Assembly: GCF_037042905.1 (NCBI RefSeq) | Contig: NC_087245.1 | Coordinates: 39,124,001-39,188,000 of the forward strand | DNA: 64,000 nucleotides | Source of the DNA: Lytechinus pictus | Lineage: Eukaryota | Direction: 5' to 3' | Shown: piece by piece, positions 52,851 through 64,000 of the stretch | How the letters are laid out: each line of letters starts with the position of its first letter | Numbering within the stretch: the first letter of the stretch is position 1 | Notes under the pieces: generated by a model | What the model saw: only the letters and a program-made list of their open reading frames with translations | Database searches by the model: none | Told to the model about the DNA's origin: nothing | Translations under genes and position numbers: made by a program

Positions 52851-54009
52851 TTAGAAGGCTATTTCAGATGTAAAGCCTTTTTTTTTGGGGGGGGGGGGAT
52901 CATTGGGAATCTCTATTATCAGAATCACGCAGATTTGGGTGTGCACAAACTCGGGGCACCTTATAATCTGTTAATGGTCCTGACTGTACTTCGAGGACTC
53001 TGTGATATTTTTTCATTGTATTTTCATTCACGGAGCCTTTACAAGTCTCTGTTGCCTGTAGAACTTTGTACACTAAGATGGATTTCCCTAGAAAATCCAC
53101 CCTTCCCACAATAATTTTGGGGCAAACATTTAATTTGTCCAATTTGTAAGCTTTTGTACTCTAAATGCATACAAAGGCTTAAAAAATTTTAATTGTTGGA
53201 AGGTAAAAATTTTGAAGGATCACTTTCTTACAATTCCCACGCTATATAACGCAATGACATGAACTTTAACTCGAGTGACGTACGTATGCAAGAAATACAG
53301 AATTGGTGCACATGCATAGCTGATTGATTCATTGTGCTAGTACTGGTACTAGATCGGTTTGGACGTTCTAATTTCAATGACAAGTTTAGATGGTAAATTG
53401 GCGCTAATAAAATTTTGCATTGGTCGATCTCGCGATGCCAGAAAACTAATTCCACCTCAAAATTTGTCAGATTTTTTTTGCAAAATATATATTTAATTGA
53501 TCCTTGACCTGAATTTAAGCCAAATCAGGCATAGGGAATGGCTGTATTTCAGCCTCAAAGTTCGAATTCTCGGTCCTGACAGTCCTGGTTACCCCATAAC
53601 CATTTAAAACACATAAAAAAGGCATGAATTAAAATTGTAATTATAAAAAAATAATATGTTTTATGTGTCAAATAAATTGATTCTAAAATTTCCTTCCTTA
53701 TACAGAGATGGTTAAAGGTCTTGAGGGCATCATGCCCCCCCCCGACTTGACTTAACATGTTAATATTTGAAGTATAAAATATGTAACAAACCCCACATCG
53801 TTTTTTAATCATTTAAAATAAATTGGAAATTAATATTGAAACCATCTAGTTTTTAATGAAGATTAATAAATAGTTTATGTAGAAAAAGTTTTTATGTTTC
53901 TCCTCTTCTGTTATTTTTGCAGATGCTGTAATTTGAAACGGAAGGTGTCCTGCCAATAAATTTTCATCCCACCTGAACTGCCTTGCCTGCCTGCACCCAG
54001 TCATCTGTT

Positions 54010-54604
54010 CCTGAGCATTTTAATTTTCCTCTATTTTTCATCATCGTTTGTTTCGGCCTGTATGAAGTGAATTTCACATTGATTGGTGGAGCTGCTAAGT
54101 TGGCATTACAGGGCCACGCCGGGGTATGATCCTTTGGGTTGAACATCATGACTGCTAGTTGGTCGGCAAAGGTGATGGGATCGATCAATGTCACATGGAG
54201 TAAGATCGATACCAATCTGCTTTGCTACATTTCGAACAATCTCATACGGATACGGATATTATTGCGACAGGAGTACTGCTCGATGTGGTCAAGCCTATTT
54301 GACAAAGCATTATGGTGTTAGTCATGTTATCAGAAACCAATTTTTCAAAAACACGGAGTTGCTTCAATTTAGTATCGATAGATATTTCAAGAACGTGTAG
54401 ACTAGTGAGCTTTTCATCAAGAATTTCACGCAATTTATTTTCGCGCTTATCCATTGCCACGGCCACCGCTCTTTGAACGACTGTATCAATATGATCTAGG
54501 TATGCTGGGCTTTGTTTAGATCCAGTTAATGATAAAGCAGAGGATTGTGTACATGCGTTAGCCGAGTGCAAGCGGCCTCTTGATCTGGTGGATATCTTAG
54601 ACAT
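54010..54604 (-). pseudogene. Frameshifted LINE ORF1 (coiled coil plus RRM) remnant
   Basis: Coiled-coil ORF 54242-54604, then in shifted frames LDHIEQYSCRNNIRI, DIDRSH and PPINVKFTSY..K..MMKNRGKLK, which are typical ORF1 RRM motifs. Confidence 0.7.
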
Positions 54605-57600
54605 GTTAGAGATTACGTAATGATATAATTGAAAAGTGGGATGGGCTGTGCATCTGCCAACTCACCAGTCAACCAATTAGAGACGGCCTTCCAAAGTGAC
54701 ACAGCACGAAAATATCAATATGGGACTGGTCTAGTCAACACATAGATCCTGAAAAAACCATGGAGATCGCAGACGCAAAATGACTTCCATACATAAAGAT
54801 ATGATGCACAATTTCCAGTGGGTTCAAAACACTGAACACATGCTATGCTGATACACAGACTATCATAAGAACTTTATCAAGCAAAGGAAATCTGGTATGA
54901 AATCTCTCAGCTCACATAAAAAGCCTACGTAGCTACATGTAGGGAAGAAAATGCGTAATTGCTGAGAAATGAGCAAAATAAGCATGTAATTCTATCAAAT
55001 GTCAGGTATTTTTCGAATCGATTATAATACACTGTCCCACATATGCTTTTCTGTGTTTACAAGCGATCATCAGAATTATCGATTTTAAGTTTAAAAATTC
55101 ATGATTTTACAAAGATACAAGTTTACATTAATGTACTAGATGTAGATTATGTACAATATATTGACAATTAACTTTGATTTTATAGATTTTCTCAAGAAAT
55201 AATTGTTTGCTGCAACTACTGTCTTTTCCTTCTAAGTGATAGTGTAATACAACAGTTCCACAAACTATTTTCATCAGACTTATTGATGCATGATTCTTTC
55301 ACCCAAATGCAAGCTTCCATAAATCCTGAAAACTTTGCAACTCTGGTATTTTTTTTTTTACATACAGTATATTTTTTCCTACATTACATAGTTGCCTTAA
55401 GTTAATAGCGCACCTCTAGTAGTAACTATCTTAAAATGAGTTCGAACAGAATCCAACAGAATTACCAGCAAAGTGTATGTATATATAAAAGATGTGTGCC
55501 AAAAAGCTCGGGAAGAAAATGTGTAATTGCTGAGAAATGAGAAAAATAAGCATGTAATTTTATCAAATGTGGGGTATTTTTCAAATCAATCATAATACAC
55601 TGTCCTGTCCCACATATGCTTTTCTGTGTTAGTGATCATCAGAATTATTGATTTTAAGATCAAAATTCATGATTTTACAAAGATACAAGTTTACATTAAT
55701 TTACCAGGGCCCCGTCTTACAAAGAGTTATGATTGATCCGATCAATCGCAACTATGGACGGTCAGCAACGTTAACATCTATTAAGCATGTTTGTTCAAAA
55801 TATTTTCTAGCTATGATGTATGTTCATGCATTCATTGTTTTCTCAAAAATTCGCTGCGCTTCTCTTTGCATACTAAGGACATTGTGCAAATTTTTCGTAG
55901 AAAAAAATTATGACACTGATGGATTTCCATAGAGTTATGATTGATCGGATCAATCGTAACTCTTTGTAATACAGGGCCCAGATCTAGATTATGTACAAAC
56001 TACAATATTTTGACAATTAACCTTAATTTAAAAGACTTTCCGAAGAAATAATTGTTTGCTGCAACTACTGTCTTTTACCCCTGGCCCTAAGTGATAGTGT
56101 AATACAACCCAAACATTTCATAAAAATTAATGTACATGTATGATTCTTTCACCCAAATGCGAGCTTCCATAAATCCTGAAACTATTCCAACTCAGGTATT
56201 TTTTTTTTTACATACAGTATATTTTTACCTACATTACATAGTTGTCTAAAGTTGAAGGTATATTTAATTACAATTTCAACGAAAAAGCTTTATTCTTGGA
56301 GATCATTATGCCTCTGTTATGTATTAATGTGTATTTATACATGTACAATTGTATGTATTGGTATAACAAACATTGTAATTTCATTCCTTTGACCCTAATA
56401 CTGCATTTTCATAGAAAAGTGTTTTTTTTTTCAATCTATTTAGAGTTTTCAACATTTTGTATTCCTTTTTTTTTTGCTGGTAATATGTTATGCAACTTTT
56501 ATTTATTAATAGAATATTTGCCACGATTTCGTAATTGAAATGCGTACATGTATTTGATTTCGTTTTCCATTTTTGTATATATTCTTTTTCGGGGGGGGGG
56601 GGGGGGTCATGTTCTTGAGACCGAGACAAGTTATGCAAGGCCCTGGCATGGAGGATCATTATATTGTTACTGGGAATGCTGGACATTGTCAGACCACCTC
56701 AGTATTCACCAAATATAGATAATCCTCAATGACAAGGTCTTTGAAGTGATGTGTGTATGTACATTGCATGTATAATTTAATGTTTAGGTCATTATCACGT
56801 CAGAATACGTTAAGATATCATAGTTGACTCCAAAAGACGTCATATTCATTTCAATATGCGACGTCAATATGACGTCTATTACTAGTCAGCAATATGTTGC
56901 AAAGTCGTCATTCAGACGTCGTAGTTGACTTATAAAGACGTCATAATTACATCAATATGACGTCTGAAACTGGTCAGGAATACGTCGCAAAGTTGTCATT
57001 AAGACGTCGTAGATGACTTTTAAAGACGTCATAATTACATCAATATGACGTCTAAAACCGGTCAGGAACACGTTGCACGGATGTCATTAAGACGTCGTTG
57101 TTGACTCTCGAAGACGTCATAATCACGTCAATACACGACGTCAATCTGACCCTTGATACTGGTCAGGAAAACGTTGTACAAACGTTGCTAAGACGTCATT
57201 AAGATGTCATAGTCACTCTTGGAGACGTCATAATGACGTCAATATACGACGTCATAATGACGTTATTCGCGGGTGCAAGATCCCGTCAATAAGACGTCAT
57301 GTTACGACGTCAAAATGACGTGACACTCATCATTAAACTGACGTAATTATGACGTCATTTTTACCAGTTTCTGCTATCAGGGACATATGTCAAGGTCAGG
57401 AGGAGATAATGTGAAATATGTAAAATAAAGGGGAAAATCTGACAAATTTGTGTACAAAACAAATGGAGAGTTGTCCACAAAATCAGCCATTTTGAAGCAC
57501 GTTTTGCCAATTTGAGGATCCCCATAAAAAGTACGAGACTTTTTAAATGGTCATAACTTCAGTGCTTATTTCATAACCGATTTTGATGAAACTTGTTTGA

Positions 57601-57909
57601 AATTGTACCTCTCATTTTACTCTTTCCAATAAGATTGATTCTCTTCTTTGGTTTTGGTTTCCTTAAAGTGAATAAACTCAAAGAATCAAATTCATGCTCC
57701 TATTTCACCACCTTCACCCCTTTTTTTCTTCTAATTTTTGAGGGTGTAATTTTGACATCCAAATTGTTCCAAGATATAGATATTACATCTTGACAACAGA
57801 AACATACATTTTACTTGTTTGGTGTGTATAATAGAAATGTAGAGCGCCCCCCTTCGCAAGACTTGAAAAAGGGATTCAAAGAAAAGCTCTATGAAAGCTG
57901 GTTTTAAAA

Positions 57910-58105
57910 TAAATGATATAGGATTTGTATAGCGCACATACCCACCTTGTTAAAGTGCTCAAGGCGCTCTTATATTACCCTGGCTAAGCTAGTCTACCAA
58001 TTCAGGTGCTCACAGCTTTTTGAGGAATTACTTTCTGCCGGTACCCATTTACCTCACCTGGGTTGAGTGCAGCAATGCACAATATGGGTAAATTTCTTGC
58101 TGAAG
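57910..58105 (-). mobile_element. SINE fragment (core plus L2-like tail)
   Basis: Reverse complement of the ACCCAGGTG..AAATGGGTACC core and a GCGCTATACAAAT tail. Confidence 0.55.
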
Positions 58106-58149
58106 ACCATGTCCCCTGTACAGAATCCACATAAAATACAATCACTTAC

Positions 58150-58316
58150 GGCTTTTCTTATGGCCACCTTGCTCCCATGCACGTCAGCCGCAGCTCTCTT
58201 GTTGAGTGGCTTGACGGGCGAACCAAAGGTATTGGTTCTCTCGCCACAGAAGTTGATGTGTCTGGCTGCCGCAGTTTGGTTGAAGCGACGCCCGCAATGA
58301 GGACATTGGATGTAGT
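58150..58316 (-). CDS. ZC2HC1A: ZC2HC1-family gene, coding exon 4 (second C2HC zinc finger)
   Basis: YIQCPHCGRRFNQTAAARHINFC. CCAG acceptor and GTAAGT donor, phases 1/0. Confidence 0.9.
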
Positions 58317-58389
58317 CTGGATGATAAAAACACAAAGAAGATTGAATCTCATTGGGTTTTACACTGTGTATTCTTTAGAGGGCCCTTGA

Positions 58390-58640
58390 GGGTCCTGTGG
58401 TCTAGTGGTTAGAGAACTGGACTCCTGATTTGAAAGGTTGTGAGTTCAAAACCCAGCTATGCCATTATTTGCACTTTAACCCCCCCCCCAAAAAAAAAAA
58501 GGCTGTGAGTAATTCTTGTGTCAAAAGTCGTCAGTCACTATGTCTGTTTAACCTGGGCATTACAAAAAAGAAATTCATAAGTAATTGGTATATACCAGCT
58601 TGGTGTTGATGTGGCGAAAAGCTGCTTTACTAAGTTCCTA
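58390..58640 (+). mobile_element. Degenerate tRNA-derived SINE (3' end approximate)
   Basis: TGGTCTAGTGGTTAGAG A-box and GAGTTCAAAAC B-box-like motif, without an intact cloverleaf. Confidence 0.45.
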
Positions 58641-59057
58641 CGGAAGTTACCTCAACAGAAATTAAACAAGTCCTTGTGATATCAAGGTACATATAATTTT
58701 ATATAAGAGTGATAGTGTTTTATTTACTCAGGATACATGTAGCTACTTCAGTTGTGAAACTGCTCGGGGGGGGGGGGGGGGCACTTCCATTGACGAGTGG
58801 AGACCATGCGCAACCACGGGGTCTCGAAAAGCACCCTAAGCAAGTATTTTCCATATTCTGAAAATGCACCCCTTAACAAGTATTTATTACATCATGTACA
58901 CTAAGAAAAAATCCAATCAAATGCACTATTTTGGCAAAGGACGCTAAAGGGGAAGCGCAATAATACAAGAAATCTGGATAAACCATAGTTTCGTAGACTG
59001 TACGATTGAAACCTCTTTGAGAATAACTCCATTCAGACAATGAAGTTATACACTTAC

Positions 59058-59196
59058 TTGGATTGATGGATGGAGGCGGCGGCGGAGGGAGGGGCTTCCC
59101 TGTATTAATGGCATGCTGGGCCTGTCTTGCTGACCTAATGGCATTCACAAAGTCTGCGTGATTTTGTCTCCAGTTTGTCTTCTTGATCCCTTGTTT
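59058..59196 (-). CDS. ZC2HC1A: ZC2HC1-family gene, coding exon 3
   Basis: KTNWRQNHADFVNAIRSAR...LPPPPPPSINP matches the family linker (NWRRKHEEFIATIRAAK...PPPPPPSYDP). Phases 0/1. Confidence 0.9.
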
Positions 59197-60083
59197 CTGT
59201 ACGAGATTCACAAATACAGATAATCTAGAACAATGACAACATGGTATCCCCACATTTGTTATCGGATATGACATTAAACAACAGGAAAAAATTGTTTTAG
59301 AACTGTATTCCATATGTATTTTCAGATATATATATATCTGAAATTAGGCTTCATCAATTAATCTCTTTAAGGCTTGGGATAGAGGCATTAATCCAAATGA
59401 AAAGTGGTTTACAAGCACATCAAAATTGTTGCATAAGATAAAGAAAAATCAAAGAAACAGAAAGGAGAAATTTTGAACAAAATTGGCCACACAATGCAAA
59501 ATGTTCAAAGTCTTAAAGAGTTGTAATCACAATTTCTGAGGAGGTCTCGAATTGGCTGCAGATGTATTATATTATTGTGATGTAGGGGAGGGACCATTCC
59601 TCCCTTTGCTCCAATAATGAATATACCTAAAATGTCATCTTTTTTCAACAATTTCATTCAAAACGATAATTTTCTTTATGGAGACATAAAACCATATTGT
59701 CATGTTGGTGCAAGAACGCCCTTAGCAAAACATTTTCGCGTACTGCATTGTTTAAAAAAAAAACGCCCTTACGCAATAAATGTTGCTAGGGTCGTTTTGC
59801 ACCCATGCAATGCATGAAAGTGAGGTGTTGAGGGTGTTCTTGCACCGACATGACGATATATGCTATGTGATCTTAGATTACTATACTTAGGAAACAGATA
59901 CATCGAGAAGAAATCCACAAATCTGTGATTTAACCCTTATAGTGGACGGAATAATTTGTCACAAAAAGTGACGCTCATTTTCTCAGGCCAAGGCTGGCTT
60001 AAAACTGAAAATTTCTTCTAATGGAAAACCATGATGCTTTATACTCTCAATGAATGGACATACATCTTGCATCTTTAACTTAC

Positions 60084-60209
60084 CTTTATTTTATCTGGTC
60101 TGACAATTTTTGTGATTGATATTCCAGTTCCTGCTATTCTCTGTCTTCCCGACTCAAACACTCTCCTTTTAGAGTTGAACACTTTGGCACATATTTGTAA
60201 ATGTCTCGC
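60084..60209 (-). CDS. ZC2HC1A: ZC2HC1-family gene, coding exon 2
   Basis: ARHLQICAKVFNSKRRVFESGRQRIAGT. TTTCAG acceptor and GTAAGT donor, phases 0/0. Confidence 0.9.
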
Positions 60210-60753
60210 CTGAAAAACAGGAGATTCACGAAACAAGACAGAAAAAATAATTGATGGAGTATAAAAGCTTTGAAAACAGTTGGATTGAGTAAAACAAGCA
60301 AAACCAAAGAAAAAGATCAATGAAGTTAGGAGAAAAAAATAAATAACAAGAAAAAAGAAAATTAAATATTGAGATAACTAATGCTATGGATATACCACAA
60401 TTGACAATGCAAAGTGTGATGTAACACATGAGCAACTTCCCCATTACTTCTGTACATATTTCACTCGGTTGCCTCTTAAGACTATCGGTAGCTCAGGTAT
60501 TCTTTTATAGGAGGACCCACAATGCAGTTTTCACAATTTAAATGTAGTACAAAGTACGTTTTGGGGTATTTTTTGTCCATCAAATAGGAAAGTCATAGAT
60601 GAGACATCAAAGGTGAACTTACTTTAGAATCCTGATAAATTCTTAGGAAAAGGTTCAGAAGCATTTCAGGGATCATGATTTTTTTTATATCATCATTACG
60701 AAAATAGTAGAATATAAATCTGGAGAATTTTAGACTCGATTGGAAAGTCTTAC

Positions 60754-60855
60754 CAAAACATCTGGCAGGAATGTTCTTCCACATGTATGACATGGTTCAA
60801 GACCTTGAGTTGACTTTGATGATGGGGATGCATCAATGCCTCTTCTCTTCCTCAT
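60754..60855 (-). CDS. ZC2HC1A: ZC2HC1-family (FAM164) C2HC zinc-finger gene, first recognisable coding exon
   Basis: MRKRRG...LEPCHTCGRTFLPDVL with a GTAAGA donor. An acceptor at 60861-60862 implies an upstream exon. The paralogue assignment (1A/1B vs 1C) is tentative. Confidence 0.85.
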
Positions 60856-60909
60856 AGAACCTACCATTTGAAAACAATTTCAATTACAAAAGTGAATTTT
60901 AAAACTATT

Positions 60910-61710
60910 ATTCAAACATCACATTTTCAGATTTAAGTTGATCATGGCTCTTTACTAAATGGGTACGTATGGATGCTTCTGAACGCAGGCTGAAGCCTCT
61001 GTATTCAGAATCGGATCCAAATTCTGTCTCCTCTTTTAAGTTGGCTGAATGATGGATCATGTCTCGGTGGGCCAACTTCAAAACTTGTATTTCGCTGGGT
61101 CCCATATAAAAAATTATCAAGTCCATTCTCAAAGCTGTGGACACTGGGGTGCATTAACTAAATCATTATTAAGACTAATTCCAAAGTTTTCCCATTTTTA
61201 AGGTTTCTCAGTGACCGACCTTGGGATAAAAAGACATTTATTATACATGTAACATCTGGTACCTAGGGCCAGGCCCATGCACCCGAGTGACCCTCATCTG
61301 GCACTACCTTCTGGTCATATCTGTGAAATAAGTTGAACATTTCAATCATATCTTCTCATGCAAGGTACAGTACCATGTCAATTTAGGGAGCTTAAGTTGA
61401 GTCAATCTTTGCTCATGTTTCTTTCCCTCGGGCACCAGTTTTTAGTGGCCCTTCTTTGTAAACTTTCTGGTGGTGCATGAATATGTTTCTTTAATTAAGG
61501 ACTTCATATCCATACTCCAAATGTGGTCTAATCAAGGCTAATATAGGAGTAAAAGAATCCTTTTTACTTTGTGAAGTAAATGTGAGATTCATTAGCCTAG
61601 AATGGCTATATTGGCTTAGGATCTTTGACTGAAAGTGTTGGTCAAAAGCTTACATGTAAAAGTTAAATCTAAGCTTTTAAGTCAATAATCACTGCAAAAT
61701 CTTTACTGGT
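60910..61710 (-). mobile_element. Degenerate CR1 LINE 3' fragment
   Basis: Minus-strand ALIRPHLEYG and VNAPSVHSFENGLDNF-like motifs with frameshifts. Confidence 0.65.
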
Positions 61711-62197
61711 GCCAACTTAGCCGGCAAGTATTTCAGAAATAATTGTGGTTGCGCCATTTCGCATTACTATGGAGCAGATGGCAGTGTTGACATCAGTGAA
61801 TTTTCCTTAAAAAACAAATGATTAAAATTTTGCATATAAAAAATTAAGGTGATTTAAACAGCCTGTGAATAGATCTGTCTAGATCATCTAACTTATATTC
61901 ACTTCTTTTTGTTTCAATTGTCAGATTTTTCAGGGGGGGGGGGGGGATTCACTTGTCCTGGTTTGTGTTTCAATCTTTTTGAATTGGAAGAGTTTTCATG
62001 AAATATCTAAGCTAGAAGTTCAACTTAAATTGAGCATTTTCTGTTCTTTACTTTACTTTTACTTTTATCCAACGATGCTTGTAGGACTATGCCTGTTCAT
62101 CGGTCCAAGGGAATAAACTGTATGCTCCACACTATTAGTTCCAAATAGTTGCAAGACAGAAAATCCATTACTCAAAGTCATGCACACAAGCAATATC

Positions 62198-62761
62198 CCC
62201 GGGGGGGGGGGGGGCCCACTTACATTGACGAGTGGATACCATGCGCGACCAAAAAACACGTAAAAAGGATGTCTTTTTCAAGATAGGGCACGTTACGTAC
62301 ATAACGTGATAAGGGTGTCAAAACACAAAAATAATGAAAAAAGGGTATCTATTTCGCTAGGAAAGTTACTTATTTAGGGTCAAATTTGCGGGGATGATAA
62401 AACAAAATTAAAACGTTTTATAAAGGATGTCCTTTTTGCCCCAACACTACGTGTTTAGAGTCCGATTTGCACGAGGTGTGGAAGGTGGGGTCGTACTAAA
62501 CCAAATGATGTGTATTAAAAGGTAAAACCAACGACCGAAGGACCCGTGACAAAATATCCCTGTACTTGTTTAGGGGTTCATTTCAGGGAATACTTGCCAA
62601 GAGTATCGTTTTGTTTCCAATACTTGTTAAGGGTAGGGTTTCACACGCCAATATGTGTTACGGGGTGCATTTTCAGAATATGGAAAATACGTGTTTAGGG
62701 TGCTTTTTGAGACCCCATGGTCGCGCATGGTATCCACTCGTCAATGGAAGTGCCCCCCGGG
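62198..62761. mobile_element. 564-bp MITE with CCCGGG termini and 8-bp TSD
   Basis: Long TIR (CACTT.CATTGACGAGTGGATACCATGCGCGACC). TSD GCAATATC at 62190-62197 and 62762-62769. An empty-site analogue lies at ~62983 in a local duplication (~61880-62197 vs ~62780-63000). Related copies at ~16505-17056, ~28745-29298 and ~58765-58880. Confidence 0.85.
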
Positions 62762-64000
62762 GCAATATCCTTCCAGTGAGATCATCAAGATCATCTAATT
62801 TCATTCATTTCTTTTTGTTTCAATTGTCAGATTTTTCAGGAGGGGATTTCACTTTTCTTGGTTTGCTTTTCAATCTTTTCAAAATTAGAAGAGTTTTCAT
62901 GAAACAAAATGAAATAAAATAGTTGCATACAAAAATGTGGCAATCTTGACAGAAAATCCATTACTCGAAGTCATACACAAAAGCAATATCCTTCCACTTT
63001 CCAGTGATATTTTCCCCATGACTTAAAGGGGAAGTTCACCCTGACAAAATGTTTATTTATAGTAAAAATAGCAGAAAAATTATAAAAATATTGGTGAAGG
63101 TTTGAGGAAAGTCCATCAAAGAATAAAAAAAATTAATAGTCTTAATTATTTGATTTGTGACGTCATATGCAAGCAGCTTTCCTACATATTGTATGGTACA
63201 TGTAAGAAATCAATGAAATGTCATTTTCTTAGAAAATCGACAATGGTTTTTATTGTACCTTCAGTACATCATCTCTATCGACAATAGACCCCTCTACACC
63301 AATTATTTCACACCCACTCCTAAGTAAATAAAAAAATAAGTCATCAAGAACCATTAAAAAATGAAATTCATGCATTTTATATAACATAACATATGGGGCA
63401 GCTGCTCGTTTATGATGTCACAAATTCACTTGAAATTCTAATCTTCTTAATCTTTTTACATATTTTCCTAAAACTTTCACCAATATTTTTAATAATTTTT
63501 TCTGCTACTTTTTTAGTTTATGATGGTGGTCCCCAAGTCTGTGCACCTAACAATTTGAGTTAAGATTTAACATGAAATTCTCTTATTTCACAATGTTCCT
63601 TATATTATGAGTACGGTAAGCGTACCAAATATCTCATAACAATTTGAAAGAAATAGGATTTTCTTGGAAAAAAACCTTGGGCAGTCATTTAAAGATTGAA
63701 AAATGGTACCCCATGTCTGCGCAACCATTCACTTAGCACACGATTTAGGGATTTTGATGAGAAAGGCTGCATTTTGAGGCCGTCACATGAAATGCCCCAA
63801 ATTCATTATTTTACCACCATATTTGAGTCAGATTTTTTAATGAATAGACTATCTGTCTATGTATTGCATGTGTAAAGTCTATGTTCTTTTTTTTTACTAG
63901 AATCACGCAGATATGCGTATGCGCAAACAAGTCAAGGGGGACTGCGAACTGCGCAGACTTGTGCCATTGTTGGAACTTGCCATATACCCAGTTGTTGTAT

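Larger units (their letters stand above)
50018..57382. mobile_element. 7.4-kb CACTA/EnSpm(CMC)-like non-autonomous element inserted in a palindromic MITE (arms ~49713-50017 and 57383-57665)
   Basis: TIR CCCTGATAGCAGA / TCTGCTATCAGGG with 2-bp TSD AC. GACGTC-rich subterminal arrays at ~50040-50470 and ~56790-57360. The flanks are mutually inverted MITE arms. Confidence 0.8.

Overview
This is AT-rich, intron-containing animal DNA, very probably sea urchin: H4 has Cys73, H3 has KTELRF, and both genes carry a CAAGAAAGA histone downstream element. Genes: (1) the first coding exon of an RCC1L/WBSCR16 homologue (minus strand, 8122-8565); (2) a divergently transcribed, replication-dependent histone H4/H3 pair (24134-25814) with intact stem-loops, in which H4 carries an unusual Arg3->His change; (3) an 8-exon ZC2HC1/FAM164-family zinc-finger gene (minus, 42804-60855, about 656 aa, all splice phases consistent). 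The dominant structure is a ~28-kb inverted repeat. Two near-identical ~11-kb non-coding elements (9312-20487 and 26047-37167) face each other around a 5.6-kb spacer holding the H4/H3 pair. Each element is itself a transposon-like unit with 41-bp GG-terminated TIRs and inward-facing subterminal GGATAC arrays. The right copy has a 7/8-matching 8-bp TSD and sits ~190 bp downstream of the H3 stem-loop. The rest is a dense mix of an internally deleted L2/CR1-group LINE, tRNA-derived SINEs, nested MITEs, a 7.4-kb CACTA/EnSpm-like non-autonomous element and several satellites. Family assignments come from recognised motifs, not database searches.
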